A model generated the notes under the pieces. That model was given only the letters and a program-made list of their open reading frames with translations. It did no database searches and was not told the DNA's origin. From the NCBI RefSeq assembly GCF_001194135.2, contig NC_068991.1:44563123-44600943 (forward strand): DNA of 37,821 bases, read 5' to 3'. The DNA is from Octopus bimaculoides (Eukaryota). Positions 11,215 through 23,568 of this stretch are shown one piece after another; the first letter of the stretch is position 1, and each line of letters begins with the position of its first letter. The translations under genes and the position numbers were made by a program.

Positions 11215-13985
11215 AAACATCTCGGGTCAATTGAGGAACCCTGTCATCCTAAATATCCCTGAAAACCAGGGCAAGCACCCTCTTCAAATGTCATACTTCA
11301 TCTTACAGGTTTATACTGAGAGTGGTCCCATCTTTTCTTGCCATTGTTGCCATTATCACCCATCTTTCAACAAACTCACTTAAGAACAGCCCTTACCTCT
11401 CTACCTTAACCTTCCTTTTCAAGAGCTCTACTAAAGAGAAATCTCTATCCTCATACTGTCCAACATATTACCTTTCTCACTATAGCCATCAGACTGAGGA
11501 AAACTGCTTTCCATGCCAATTAAGCAAGGCAAACAATGGACTTGGTTGGCAACCTGGTCCATCCCACATGCAACAGCAGCCGTTCAGCATAAGTCTACAA
11601 GTCAGCAATATCTAGATACTGAATGAGTGTGTGCAAAAAGGTTTCATCACTCAGCATGCATCTCGAACAGGCCTGACTGATGATTCTCTCATGCCTGGAG
11701 AGCTTATCTCATATTGGTAGTGCCCCTTGGTAGCACTGCTAGGTCAAGGACTTGGAGAAATTATTCATAGTAGACCCTGATTTAAGCAAACTGGCTAGTT
11801 CATTTTCGTTGATGCCTAGTCAGTCTCTCTAAGAATGTCATCACTCTTCCCACCATGTCATCATTCTTCCTCAACAGGTTGCTAGAGAGGAATATCCACC
11901 AATTCTGTTGCTCGACTGGTAGAGGATAGTGAGCACCTGACAACATTTTAGATGCCAGACATCTAGTCTTGGTCTTTACTTTATCTAGGACTTGAGCTCC
12001 GTCAAGGATTTGAGCTGTAGAAAAATGTGCCTCATGACTCTGTAGATGGTGTAGCCTCAGTATGTTTCTCAGCAGCTAAAGTATGCCTGACGTACCACGC
12101 AGAGGGTGCTAGCATCAGATAGACCACCTGACCTGTGAAATACATCTCTTCCACAAGTAACCATATAACAGATTCTCCAGCCTGGGGCAATGCATGACTG
12201 TCAGGTGGTAAATAATAATGAGAGGTGATATAGGCATTCACCATCTCTGCCTAACCTTTTAGAGATAGCTTCCTTATAGCCCATTTCTGTGTAAGATTGG
12301 CTACCCACTGTGTCATTTTATCCCAGTTCCAGTTTACTTGGAGTTCAGGTCTGTCTAAACCCGAACCCAAGCAGTTTAACCAGTCTATCCATCCAGTATC
12401 CCATAATGCCATCTGATGACATTGACCTGCCTCTCCAGGTGCCAAACCTCAATTCCAATGACTTGTTCAGGTTGATCTTAGCTCTTACCACTGTTTCCAA
12501 TTCCTTTAGAATAAAGCCAACTTGTCTCTACTTTGATGTCATCTGACATTATGGGGATGTCATTAGCATAAACTGTTATGACCCTCCTGAGACCCAATTC
12601 AAAAGAGATGCCCCTCAACTGTTTCAATTTCCACAGCAGTGGCTTAAGAGCCAATATATACAGAAGAAGCAAGAGAGAGAATCCCTGTCAGACTGAACTA
12701 GTGATGCAAAATAGTCCAGAATAGTAGCCTCTTACTTTGACCACTGTGCAAATGTTGCAGTGCATTGAAGTGATCCAGTTTCTGAAAACAGATTCAAACC
12801 TGGTTGATTTCATGACAGCTTCCAAGTAATGATGCTCAAATCTATCAAATGCTTTTGACCAATCCAAACTGATTAGGACCCTACCAAAGCCAATATTGTT
12901 CCGAATTCTCTCTATCATGCATTGCATCATGTGGAGGTTGTCATGGATCGACCTGTTTGGAACTGCACATGTTTACACTCCCTCAACCAGACTATTGATA
13001 ACACCTTGACCAAAATCTTAAACTCTGTGTTTAGCAGAGTTATGGGTGAAAAGTTGTAAATGATGTTACCTTTACTGGCATCCTTTCTCAGCAGTGTTAC
13101 CACTCCCCAACTCACAGCACTAGGAATTCTCCTAGATACCTGTTGCAGTGGACACCTGCAAGAAGTCATCAAACAAGTCTGATATGGACTCAGAGAATTT
13201 ATAGGGTATACTTTCCAAACCAGGTAATTTTTGACTTGTGCAACTACTCATTGCCATCTGTATTTCAGCAGGTATTGGCTTTCTGCAGAACCTCAGGTAT
13301 TCTGGTGAGAGCTGCAGTAGGCTGTCAAGAGAAGAATTAAAGTCCATTGCTGTCTTTGACCCATTGCTTGCCCCAAAGTTGGTCAAAGTGTTGCTGGAAA
13401 GTTCACACATCTCAGAACTGAGTAGCATGGACTTGTTTCAAGCTGTCAAAGATCTAATTGTGGTTTTGTTGCTGTGTTGTACCTCCATTTCTGAAGCCCA
13501 TCAAACAGCTTTTTGTTCCTTTATGCTTTAGCACAAGGGCCTGAGCTTTGACAATGTTTCCTGTCACAGAAATGGTCAAGAGCCATTCTTGCAGCTAGTA
13601 TATTGGTTGCAATGTTTTTACTAATTGCTTCTTCTTGATTGCTAACTAGTTATCTCCCAATCTATTTCTCTGTTACTAGCACTTTTCTAAACACAATAAA
13701 TTATGATCTAATTGTCTATTTCAGAGCACCTTACAAGTGACTGTTGACACTTACTCCTGTCAACTGCCAATTGATTAATTTACTAACCCATTCCCTGCAG
13801 TTTTTGTATGCTGATAAGGGCACATTTAACTTCCAGTAACTGGAACTGCCTATATGTCCTATTTGTGTTGATTGAGAAGATACAGATTTATGGTCTGTGT
13901 AGCCAGCTAGCTTTAACTATGAACATCTCATACCATTCCTATCCACTCGTCTAATAGACACTCTATCTAGCTATGATCTGGATGA
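11215..13985 (-). mobile_element. L1/Tx1-clade LINE ORF2 pseudogene (end of APE endonuclease, RT, C-terminal CCHC)
   Basis: Motifs in order on the minus strand: LDRV, YTDHKSV...YWKLN (APE C-terminus), LPGLESIPY, VVTLLRK...FSPITLLNTEFKIL, ISLDWSKAFDRFEH, LYILALKPL, YAND (YADD-like), LSLKG..EMVNAY and CSRCMLSDETFLHTLIQY (degenerate CCHC). Many stops and frameshifts; boundaries approximate. Confidence 0.85.
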
Positions 13986-14109
13986 CCCACTATGGTTGAT
14001 CCATGTCCACATTGGCACATAAGGGAAATCCATAATAATGATAATGATGAAAATGATGATGATGATGATAATAATAATAATAATCATAATAATGATGATG
14101 ATAATAATT

Positions 14110-14320
14110 GTTTCTAATTTCGGTGCAAAACCAGCAATTTTGATGGGAAGGGTTTATTTGATACCACAAACACATTATTTGACTGGTATTTTATAGTCCC
14201 TGAAAGGATTAATTGTAAAGTTGACCTAGGCAGGAACTAAACTCAGAATGTAAAGTGCTGGAAGAAATACTGCAAGGTATTCTTTCTGACACTCTAACAA
14301 TTTTGCAAATTCACCACCCT
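14110..14320 (-). mobile_element. Old SINE copy, (ATT)n-tailed subfamily
   Basis: Diverged homolog of 2952-3170, flanked by (AAT/GAT)n. Confidence 0.65.
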
Positions 14321-16833
14321 AATAATAATGACTATAACAGCAATAATAATTTTCTGTATTACATTTTCTATATTACAAAGTTTGAGATAGGGTAGGGGTT
14401 AGCAGGTTAATGAATTACATTGATCCCAGTACTTAACTGGTATTTTATTTTATTGATGGACCTCATTGACAAATGTCATAAATTTGAGGGAAAGCAGAAT
14501 CAATTCAATTGATTCTCAGTAATGACTATAATTTATTTGATCACTTCTGAAAAAATGAAAGACAAACATAACCAGGGCAGACTTTGAACATAGAAAGTAA
14601 AAGTGTTGCAAGATATTTGGTTCACTGCTTGATCTATTCTGCAATTTGCAAATAATAATGATAAGAGTAATTATTTGTCTTAATAATTTCTTGATATGTC
14701 CTCAAATTATGATTTCAATATTGTTATTAATAAAAAATATTTTTCATTTTAATATACATTTATTTGAATATTCAAGTGAAAAAAAGTAATATGTTCACTT
14801 TCAGCTTAGTAAATTTAGAAGCTGAATCATACATGAAACATTTGCCAACTCCCTTTTTGCAGCAGGTAAGTCCAGCAACTTGATAAAAAAAATTTAATCT
14901 AATATTTACATGATACTTTCATGCTTTCTTGACTGAATTGTCTTGAATGAACAGAAGATATTATAATAAAAATGTGAGAGAACTGAATATGGAAATACAC
15001 CCACCCCACACAGTAACCATGTAAGTGCCTGTAGTCAAAACCCTAATTTTTGCTATGTTTCTACTGAGAATGCATTTACTAATTCTACAACAGCCTGAGG
15101 TTAATGAATCAAGCTGAAGGATTACTGAAGAAATTCATTCTATGATTCTTAAGAATTATTCTTGGAGATCTTGGTTTCAGTGGTTCTGTTCATGTTAGTA
15201 ATCTGGTGTTCAGATGTTATTCTATGTCCTGTATTATTAATTTCATTCATGATTCATCCAGATTCACTCTTCTATCAACCTTTGTGATAACATTATGTAG
15301 GAAACATAAGAGGAGTGGTTCAACTTGTAAAGATTCCCTGTATTATCTGAAAGAACATAGATATCTTGATGTTTGCAATTTCTTTTATTATATACAAACC
15401 ATAATCATTGTTTTAATATCTACTTTTCCATACTTTCTTTAAGGTAAATTTTCTACAGCCAGATGCTCTTCTTGTCACCAACTAACACTTGTTTCTAAGC
15501 AAGGTAATATTTACCCCTAGTCCAAACATGGTTTCAAGAAATATTGCATTTTATACGATGGTGGTGTTTTGTTTATAATTAGTACATGATACCAAGATAT
15601 GGACATAGAAACATACACACACAAAACACACACAAAACTGCTTTTCAGTTTCACATATAAAATTCACTCACAATGCTTTGGATGGCCAGAAATTATAGTT
15701 GGAGATACTAGACCAAGGTGCCACGAGGTGGCAGTAAAACTGAAATGACTTTGTTGGGAAGTGAACTTCTTAACCATACATTCAAGTTTTTGCTTATAAA
15801 TAGTTATATAGTAATAGCGTAAAAAAATCCAAAACATTCCTAAATCAGTGATACATTCAAGGAAAGTGAAACTCTTCTGCAGAAACATATTCATTTGAAA
15901 CTTCAACTGAAACTTCTTCAGAAACATTTTAAAACCCAGCCAAATATGTCTGTGTGTATGTGTGTTTGTGTGTGTGTTGTGTGTGTGTGAATATATATAT
16001 ATATATATATATATATTGTGTCTGGTGAGAGTCATATTGTACTAATGCCTTATTATCTAATACTCACACCAGTTCGATTTCCACTCATTTATTATTTATA
16101 TTTTTCTTTCAAAATTTTCATTGCTTTTGTAACTTTGTTAATGGATGCTGACTCTGTCCATTATTGGAGCTGCGTTCTTTTTTGTCAGTTTATGCACATG
16201 TGTGTGCATCAACATGCATGTGTGCTTGTGTATGCACATATGTATGTATACATGTATGTTTGTATGTATGTATATATATGCATGTATGTGTGTATACATA
16301 TATGTATGTATGTAAGTATTCTGCATATCCATGTGTTTCTGTGTTTGTATGTATGTATGTATGTATGTATGTGTGTGTGTGTGTAGGCATGTTGTCTGTC
16401 TGTATTACTTATGTACCTATCGATCTACTTACCTATGTATCTACTATGTTTACCTACATATCCATTTACCTGCCTATATATATATATACATATATATATA
16501 TATTTGCCTGCATAACAACCTACTGGCAAATGTACTTCTGTATGTATATTCTGTGGGTACTGGGGTAAATATATGGTCGAAGTCAAATCATGACCAAGTA
16601 AGACCACTTCTTAAACCCAACTCATTCTAAGAAACCCTTTACATTTGGTTTCCTTGTTGCTGATGACATCTCATATGGCCCTTGAAGTATGTAATGCGCT
16701 TGTAAGTCATTTTGCATTGATTACACATTAGTTTCTAGCGCTAACCTATTTTGATGATGGAATTAATATTGTTGAGTTAGTCGACCAGCTGATCTACATG
16801 TTTTGTTAGACAAGGTGCACAAGAAACCATGTT

Positions 16834-17060
16834 GGCGAGCTGGCAGAAACGTTAGCATGCTGGGCGAAATGGTTAGCAGTATTTCGTCTGCCGCTACGTT
16901 CTGAGTTCAAATTCTGCAGAGGTTGACTTTGCCTTTCATCTTTTCGGGGTCGATTAAATAGGTACCAGTTACGCACTGGGGTCGATATAATTGACTTAAT
17001 CCATTTGTCTGTCCTTGTTTGTCCCCTCTGTGTGTAGCCCCTTGTGGGCAGTAAAGAAAT
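16834..17060 (+). mobile_element. Young tRNA-derived SINE with ~15-bp imperfect TSD
   Basis: ggcgagctggcagaaacg...gagttcaaattc. aagaaaccatgttgg (16821-16835) matches aagaaatcatgctgg (17061-17075). Confidence 0.88.
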
Positions 17061-17079
17061 AAGAAATCATGCTGGATAT

Positions 17080-17625
17080 CATATTGGTAGATAGAGGTGT
17101 CTCTATGTTTGTGGCTGAATAGACCTGCCTTTGAGAAGCAGACATGACTACACTGAGCAGTCAAAAGAGACTCTTTCATGCTCTTCTCAGGGACAGGGTT
17201 CATATCTTCCATATATTTACCAGCATGGCAGTTTCAATATTGATCTTTTTAAGGGTATCTTTAAGGTTGTCTTTGAAATGCCTGTGTGGCTTGCACTGGG
17301 GATATGTTCTTTGCTTATGTTCGCTATATAGCACCTATTTTGGTATGAGGGTTCTTTTAAGTGGACAAGACAACCAAACCATCTAAATTAGTGTTTCATG
17401 ATTATGGACTTGATATTCATCATTTTCATCTACTGCAGTGCTCTTATATTAAGCACATGAGATTGCCATGAGATATTCAAGATATGCAAGTATCGCTGGC
17501 AGAATCATTTGAGATGCTGAACATGCCTGCTACAGGTTGTCCAGGTTTTGTAACCATTCAATTCTGCAGTTAAGACAACTGCTTGATAGACATTGCTGGA
17601 ACCAAAGGGTTTTAAAGTCAACTTA
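17080..17625 (-). mobile_element. RTE (BovB-like) LINE RT C-terminal relic
   Basis: VYQAVVLTAELNGYKTWTTCSRHVQHLK followed by a degraded RWFG..H...P segment. Matches the RTE pattern VY.AVVL..LLYG.ETW. Confidence 0.65.
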
Positions 17626-18094
17626 GCAAAGACTGAAGTTCTAATTAGCAGGGAAACAGATAGAAGAGTAATCCCTTCAGGTAAATGGCTGTTCCATATG
17701 TAGACAAGGATTTGATGGAAACTGAAAGAAGCTGTTTTGTGTGTGTGAGTGTGTGTGTGAGTACATGTGTACCAATGTCTTGATATCATGTGACGGTTGT
17801 AAACGAGTTTCATCATCATATGAGTGATGTGGTTTGTTTCATGTAGTCCATGAAAAAACATATCTGGCTATGGAAAAATATTACCTTATTCAGAAACAGG
17901 TGAGTGTTAGTGACAGAGAAAGCATCTGGCTGTTGAAAATCTACCTAAACAGAATTCTGTTTAACCCATGCAAGTATGAAAAAATATATGTTAAAATGAT
18001 GACATGCACACACACACACACACACATACACACACACACACACATGCACACGCACACGCACGCACATACGCACATTTATATATGCATTCATATA

Positions 18095-18983
18095 TGAGGG
18101 TGGGCTGAAAAGTTCATAGGCTGACTAAGAAGGACTGATACTAGGGCTGGGAAATCATGCATGCGTTAATTTCAACTCTTCTTATCAATAACTGCATTGT
18201 TTATTTCCAGGTAAACTGACATCTGACTTTTTGAAGAAGACTTCGAAAGTAACTAAGTGTGACTTCTCTTGAAAATGGACAAAATTTGCCATCATGATGG
18301 CAGAAAAAGTGTTTAGTCTCCAAGGACATTCATGCTGACTTAGTTTCTGCATTAGAGGTTGATGCTCCAGCTTTATCAACAAGGAAAATGTAGATAGTTG
18401 AATTTAGGAGGGGAAGGGAAAGTCTTGAAAATGACCTAATGGCTGGATGTCCTGCAACAGCTTCAAAGAGGGCCACAGTTGTTTCATCTGCAGGGAAAGT
18501 GATGGCCTCAGTTTTTGGGATGCAAAAGGCATTGTGTTTATTGACTATCTTCAAAAAGGCCATACCATCAACAGAGAGTACTATGCCAACTTGCTGAAAG
18601 GCTATCAAAACCAAATACCTAAAAAAAATTGATGAGGACAATGCTCTAGCACACAAGTCCTGGCTTTCAATGACTGCTGTGTATGACTGTGGCTTTGAAC
18701 TGGTTGATCATCCTTCTTATTCTCTTGATTTGGCCCCATGTGACTATCATCTATTCCCCAACATGGAAAACATACTTGACTGGGTACTATATTGCAGTGA
18801 TGATGACATCATATCCACTGTTGATGACAAGATGAAAACTTCTTCACCAATGGGATCCAAGCATGTAACACTGATGGAAGAAGTTTGTGGACAACAGGGG
18901 CAACTATGTTGAAAAATAAACCCAATTGGTCACATTCCATGAGAGTGTCTTGGTCAGCCTATGAACTTTTCAGCTGACCTTCA
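18095..18983 (+). mobile_element. Mariner (DD34D) element, internally deleted, 889 bp, TIRs + TA TSD
   Basis: Left end TA|TGAGGGTGGGCTGAAAAGTTCATAGGCTGACTAAGA matches the reverse complement of the right end TGAAGGTCAGCTGAAAAGTTCATAGGCTGACCAAGA. Encodes SAGKVMASVFWDAKGIVFIDYLQKGHTIN..YY and HPSYSLDLAPCDYHLF. Confidence 0.92.
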
Positions 18984-19039
18984 TATATGTAAATATATTG
19001 AGAAAAAAGTTAGGCAAAAGAGGAATCAGATGTAGCATG

Positions 19040-19240
19040 CAAGGGAGAAGCCTGTGATAGTTTGGTCATGTGATGTGTATGGAACATGTGGAAGCGGGAG
19101 TTCCAAGAAGACATGGGATGAAGTTGTGAGGGCTGATCTCAAAATGTTGACCCTCATGGAGGAGATGACAATAGACCAGGATATCTGGCGATATCATTTA
19201 CTAGAAGACCAGTCAATCTCAGCAAAAGTGAGTTCTAGAA
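19040..19240 (+). mobile_element. RTE LINE 3' fragment
   Basis: GTCGSGSSKKTWDEVVRADLKMLTLMEEMTIDQDIWR is homologous to the minus-strand copies at 6.6-8.4 kb. Confidence 0.7.
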
Positions 19241-20009
19241 GTTCTGCTTATCATGTGCTTTCCACCCACATGTTACAGTGATTCCTCCCCACCTGATGAA
19301 CCAAATTACCTCTCATCATGCACTATGCAAACCTCTACCTTTCTGCTCCATCAGCTTAACCTCATCTTGTCATCTCTCCATCTTGTCCTCCCCACCTGCC
19401 AACTGTATCATTACTATCCTTCTGCTCCCTCCACCTACTCTCTTCTACATTTCTATCCTCCTTTACTCATGACTCATCAGTCATCACCTTTCTACCCTAC
19501 CCAACCCAATTTCTTTTACAGCCACAGGCTGCCTCCCTATTCCCTCATTCCCTGCCCTCCATACAATCTTGCAATAGCCCCAAAGTTAGACTCCAAAGCA
19601 GTACTTCATCTGAAGAAGGCTATGCTTTCAATTTGGTGGGATTGGAAGGATGTTGTCTTTCTTCTACTTACCTCATGCCTTGACAGGCCACCTAAACACC
19701 TCATCTCCTATCTATCTCTTTGCAGCTCCAACTGAACTTTTTCTCCCTTTCCTATTAATGTGAGTAACCATGAATCTCTTCTACAAGAACCTGCTCTGCC
19801 ATCACCCTTCTTTCACACTCAAACCTCTCATCCCTGTGCCACAAAAATAGCATCCAGTACACTCTGTAAAGTGGTTGGCATTAGGAAGGGCATCCAACTA
19901 TAGAAATTATGTCAAAGTTGACACTAAAAGTTGATGCAGCCCTCAGATCCTGTTGAACCATCCAGCCGATGACAGCATAGAAGATGGACATCATACCTAC
20001 ACACACACA

Positions 20010-20190
20010 CGTTCAGGTGTAGGTGTATGATAAAAGTTTGTTTTGCAACCACATGGTTCTTGGTTCGATCTCACTGCATGGCATCTTTGCCAATTGTTTT
20101 CTAGCTATAGCCCTGATCTAATCAAAGTCTTGTGAGTAGATTTGGCAGATGGAAACTGAAAGAAGCCTATCACATGTATGTGTGTGTGTG
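20010..20190 (+). mobile_element. SINE 5' part (same family as 7292-7672)
   Basis: ccacatggttcttggttcgatctcactgcatggc...gatggaaactgaaagaagcc. Confidence 0.7.
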
Positions 20191-20304
20191 TTTATGTGTT
20201 TGTTCTTAGCTGGACAGCCAACTATTTTATTGATGTCAAAAGGATAAAAGGCAAAATCGACTTTCACAACATCTGAATTCATAATGTAAAGAGCTGGAAA
20301 AATA

Positions 20305-20712
20305 ATTCTTTCTACGATAGGTACAAGGCCTGAAAGTTTGGGGAATGTGTCTAGCAAATTACTTCAGCCCCAGCATTTGATTGGTACTTCTTTTTTCTAG
20401 CCCTGAAAGTTGACTTGGTGAAATTTGAATTCAGAAGTTAAGCTGGAAGAAATACCACTAAGTATTTTCTCTGGAGTGTTGATGAGTCTGTCAGCTTGCC
20501 ACCATCAAGACAATTGAATAATAATGTTTTCAAATTTTGGCACAAGGCCAACAAATTTTGAGTGGTGGTGGTGGTGGGGAAGTACTTGGCTGGTATTAAT
20601 TTTATCAACTTTGAAAAGATGAAAGACAAAGTCAGCTGTGGTGGAATTTGAACTCAGAAAGTGCTGCTAAGCATTTTGTCTGGCATGCTAACAATTCTGC
20701 CAGCTCACCACC

Positions 20713-20715
<3 letters not shown>
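20305..20715 (-). mobile_element. Two tandem SINE copies of the (ATT)n-tailed subfamily (~20305-20510 and ~20520-20715)
   Basis: Each has an ...ggtacaaggcc/ggcacaaggcc tail end and a ...ctgccagct(c/t)(a/g)ccacc head end, as at 2952-3170. Confidence 0.7.
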
Positions 20716-20797
<82 letters not shown>

Positions 20798-20831
20798 TAG
20801 TTATAATAATAACAATAATAATAATAATAAA

Positions 20832-21362
20832 TGCCCTAATGCAGCACCAAGCAGTGTCTCTCATGGCTTCTGATTTTTAACTGATTGGAAGTGTTATCAT
20901 GTACATGTTCTATCTTGGTGTAAAAGATGGGCTACACCATAGAATTGCTTGTTAGTTGCTTGATCTTAACCAGCTGAGCATGTCCCTTAGTGGCTAGTAA
21001 TATGTGCAGCTCTTATCATGACTAGTGGAGGAGCATTATAACCATGTGGTGGGAGGAATTCTTTGGGGTTTGGATAATTCACCTCTGGAAACTTGGGTGT
21101 TTTGTTCATCATCCTTAAACAACCCTTATTCAGGAACCTTTTGAGTGGAATAGGCTACTTGACCTGATGAAAATTCTAACTGTGCCCAATCTGCAAGGTC
21201 ATGCACTGTTTGTCTTGATATGAGATCACCATGTTGTGCACATATGGTTGTAATGCATGTACCTGGTGTACTCTTATGAGACAGGTAGTCATGATGGGTA
21301 TGTTGGGCTTCCTATATTTGTACCCTAGTGTCACTTCGATGCCATGCACTTCTCTCTCACTC
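20832..21362 (+). mobile_element. Probable 3' end of a Dong/R4-clade non-LTR retrotransposon embedded in (AAT)n
   Basis: About 530 bp of non-microsatellite sequence flanked on both sides by long (AAT)n and ending ...ctctctcactc(aat)n. Family call rests on the target and tail pattern only. Confidence 0.45.
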
Positions 21363-21415
21363 AATAATAATAATAATAATAATAGCAACAACAATAGCAA
21401 CAATAACAACAACAC

Positions 21416-21451
<36 letters not shown>

Positions 21452-21452
<1 letters not shown>

Positions 21453-21625
21453 TGATTCTGATTTAGGCACAGGGCCAGAAGTTTTGTGGCTTAGGGACTA
21501 GTGACTCCAGTACTTAACCGCTACATTATTTTATTGACTCCAAAAGGATGAAAAGAAAATGTCAACACTGGAGAGATTTTAACTCAGAACATAAAGAGCT
21601 AGAACAAATATTGCAAATGCAAAAC
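21452..21625 (-). mobile_element. Degenerate SINE, (ATT)n-tailed subfamily
   Basis: ttaggcacagggccagaag...ccagtacttaaccg...aaaggatgaaaagaaaatgtcaac...tttaactcagaac. Confidence 0.6.
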
Positions 21626-22099
21626 TGCTTTAAGGCACTACACTTTCAGTTTGTAGGAAATGAAACAGGTGAAGTAAATGACACCTTTTTTAAATGCATT
21701 TCCAGGAATGTAAAGTGTTCACTATGTGGAGTATGCTTGTATACTATTTTTCAATTTTAATTAACTTCAACACTTTATCTCATGATATGGAGATTAAGGT
21801 TATGGTGATTGTTTGGTTGGATACTTGCTGAAGATGAGCTTTTGTAGAGCAACAGTTACACTTCTCAGTGATTCATTGGACACTTAGAGGAATATCTCAT
21901 CTCTTTTAACTTGCCCAGTATTTTGTGCATACTTGCTCTGCCTATGTATTTAAAACTGATGAAAATAACAACAAAACATCAGCCATAGTGTTACTTTTTA
22001 ATAGTATTTGGGTAGCCCTCATCAACACTAATGAATTTGCTGCATGACAAGAATTATTTAGTTAAACAAAGAAGTAGGTGGCAATTTAGGTGTAGTTAT

Positions 22100-22455
22100 A
22101 GATGTGCATTTGAGTTCAATTCCACAGTATGGTAACTCTGGCAACTGCCTACTTTTGGTTGACCAATATTTTGCACATGGAACTTTGTAGAGAGAAATTG
22201 TACAAAAGTTTGTTGTGTGTGTGTGTGTGTGTGTGGTGTGTGTGCGAGTACGTGTATATATGTGTTTTTTAAAATTATAATGGTCAACTAAAGATGACTG
22301 TTGTGTCTTGTAACTGGGTTTGGACAAATAGAAATTGATATAAAAAGCACCAGACTAAAATAAGTGCTAGGGTTGATATAATTGGTTAAACCTTTGAAAG
22401 TGGTGGTGTAAGATTGGCTGCCATCTAATAAATGAAACCATTAAAAGAATAAAGA
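22100..22455 (+). mobile_element. Old degenerate SINE (family of 7292-7672)
   Basis: gagttcaattccacag head remnant, an internal TG tract, and the tail aataagtgctagggttgatata...aatgaaaccattaaaagaataaag. Confidence 0.5.
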
Positions 22456-23507
22456 AATTGATCTATAATCTAATTTTCAGGTGCCTTTAATATCTGAAAC
22501 TTGAAATGGGGTCTTTTCTCACTTTCTCTTCTGTACTGAGGACAATCTGTAAAATATAATAGATAATAGATCCTACTCAGGTCGTAGATGTAGCTAACTT
22601 TTGTTACTTTCTGTTACCAGTTAATCTTTTATCAGTTTGATATTTGCACTGTTGACAAACTAACTATTTCTTTTATTATTGTTATCTAAACTCAGATAAG
22701 AGCTGATAGAGAAGCTCTATGATTAACAATACTCCAGTTGTGACCATTCTGTTTGTTTTTAATTAGTATAATTCTAGAACTAAATAATCCAATGTATTCT
22801 TCCCCCACATTTTTTAGATAGTAGGGTGTGTTTTAAGGGTGATTTGGTAGTATTTCTAGACTGTGTAGAATCCCACTCATAGGTTCATTATTTTCATTGT
22901 TGTTGTTTAACAACATTTGTTAATTTCATGTCATGTGCACAATGTTGTGCTTGAAATTTAACATATTAGGTTTGATCTTCAAAAAGAAGATGAAGAAATA
23001 GACTGACATGGAATTGGTGAATGAAGGGATACTGAATACTCAATCCCAATAAACATAAAATGAGAGAAGAATTGTTAGGAGAAGGGATATTAAATGGAAA
23101 AGTTTTAAGAGGGTTTGGAAAAACAAACAAAAACCTAGTTTTAAAGGCTGTATAAAGTGAAGGCAGAAACTGGCCAGAGAAACTGAACTTCAAATGAAAA
23201 GAGATAAGAATAAAGTATATCTCCAGTTTTGAGGTTAAGAGAATTCCAGAGAAAATTTCTTTTAAGTAATAATATATTAAGTGTGAATACTATTCTCTAG
23301 GATGAGGTTTTTGATCATACCAATTCACATTGCTTGTATTATGTGTGTGCTTATGTTCCTTTCCCTTATGGTATCACACAATTGGTCTCTCCTTGGATAA
23401 TTCCATTATCATATCAGTGTTTCTATGAGAAGTTGCTAACTCCTCACTCAATTCTTCTCCATTTGTGGTTCCCCACAACCTTTATCATGGTGCAATTTAG
23501 CTGATTG

Positions 23508-23526
23508 TGTGTGTGTGTGTGTGTGT

Positions 23527-23567
<41 letters not shown>
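23508..23567. repeat. (TG)n(AG)n compound microsatellite
   Basis: Seen directly. Confidence 0.95.

Positions 23568-23568
<1 letters not shown>

Noticed and set aside
16530-16800. Possible Penelope-like 3' remnant
   Set aside because: Only a vague ctgatga motif and no GIY-YIG or RT translation was recognisable.
16834-16920. tRNA-like A/B-box sequences
   Set aside because: These are SINE heads and no cloverleaf can be drawn, so they are not tRNA genes.
902-22455. Apparent bias of retroelements toward the gene-sense (minus) strand
   Set aside because: Strong only at 3-14 kb. The whole-window tally is roughly 12 minus versus 9 plus, which is not convincing.
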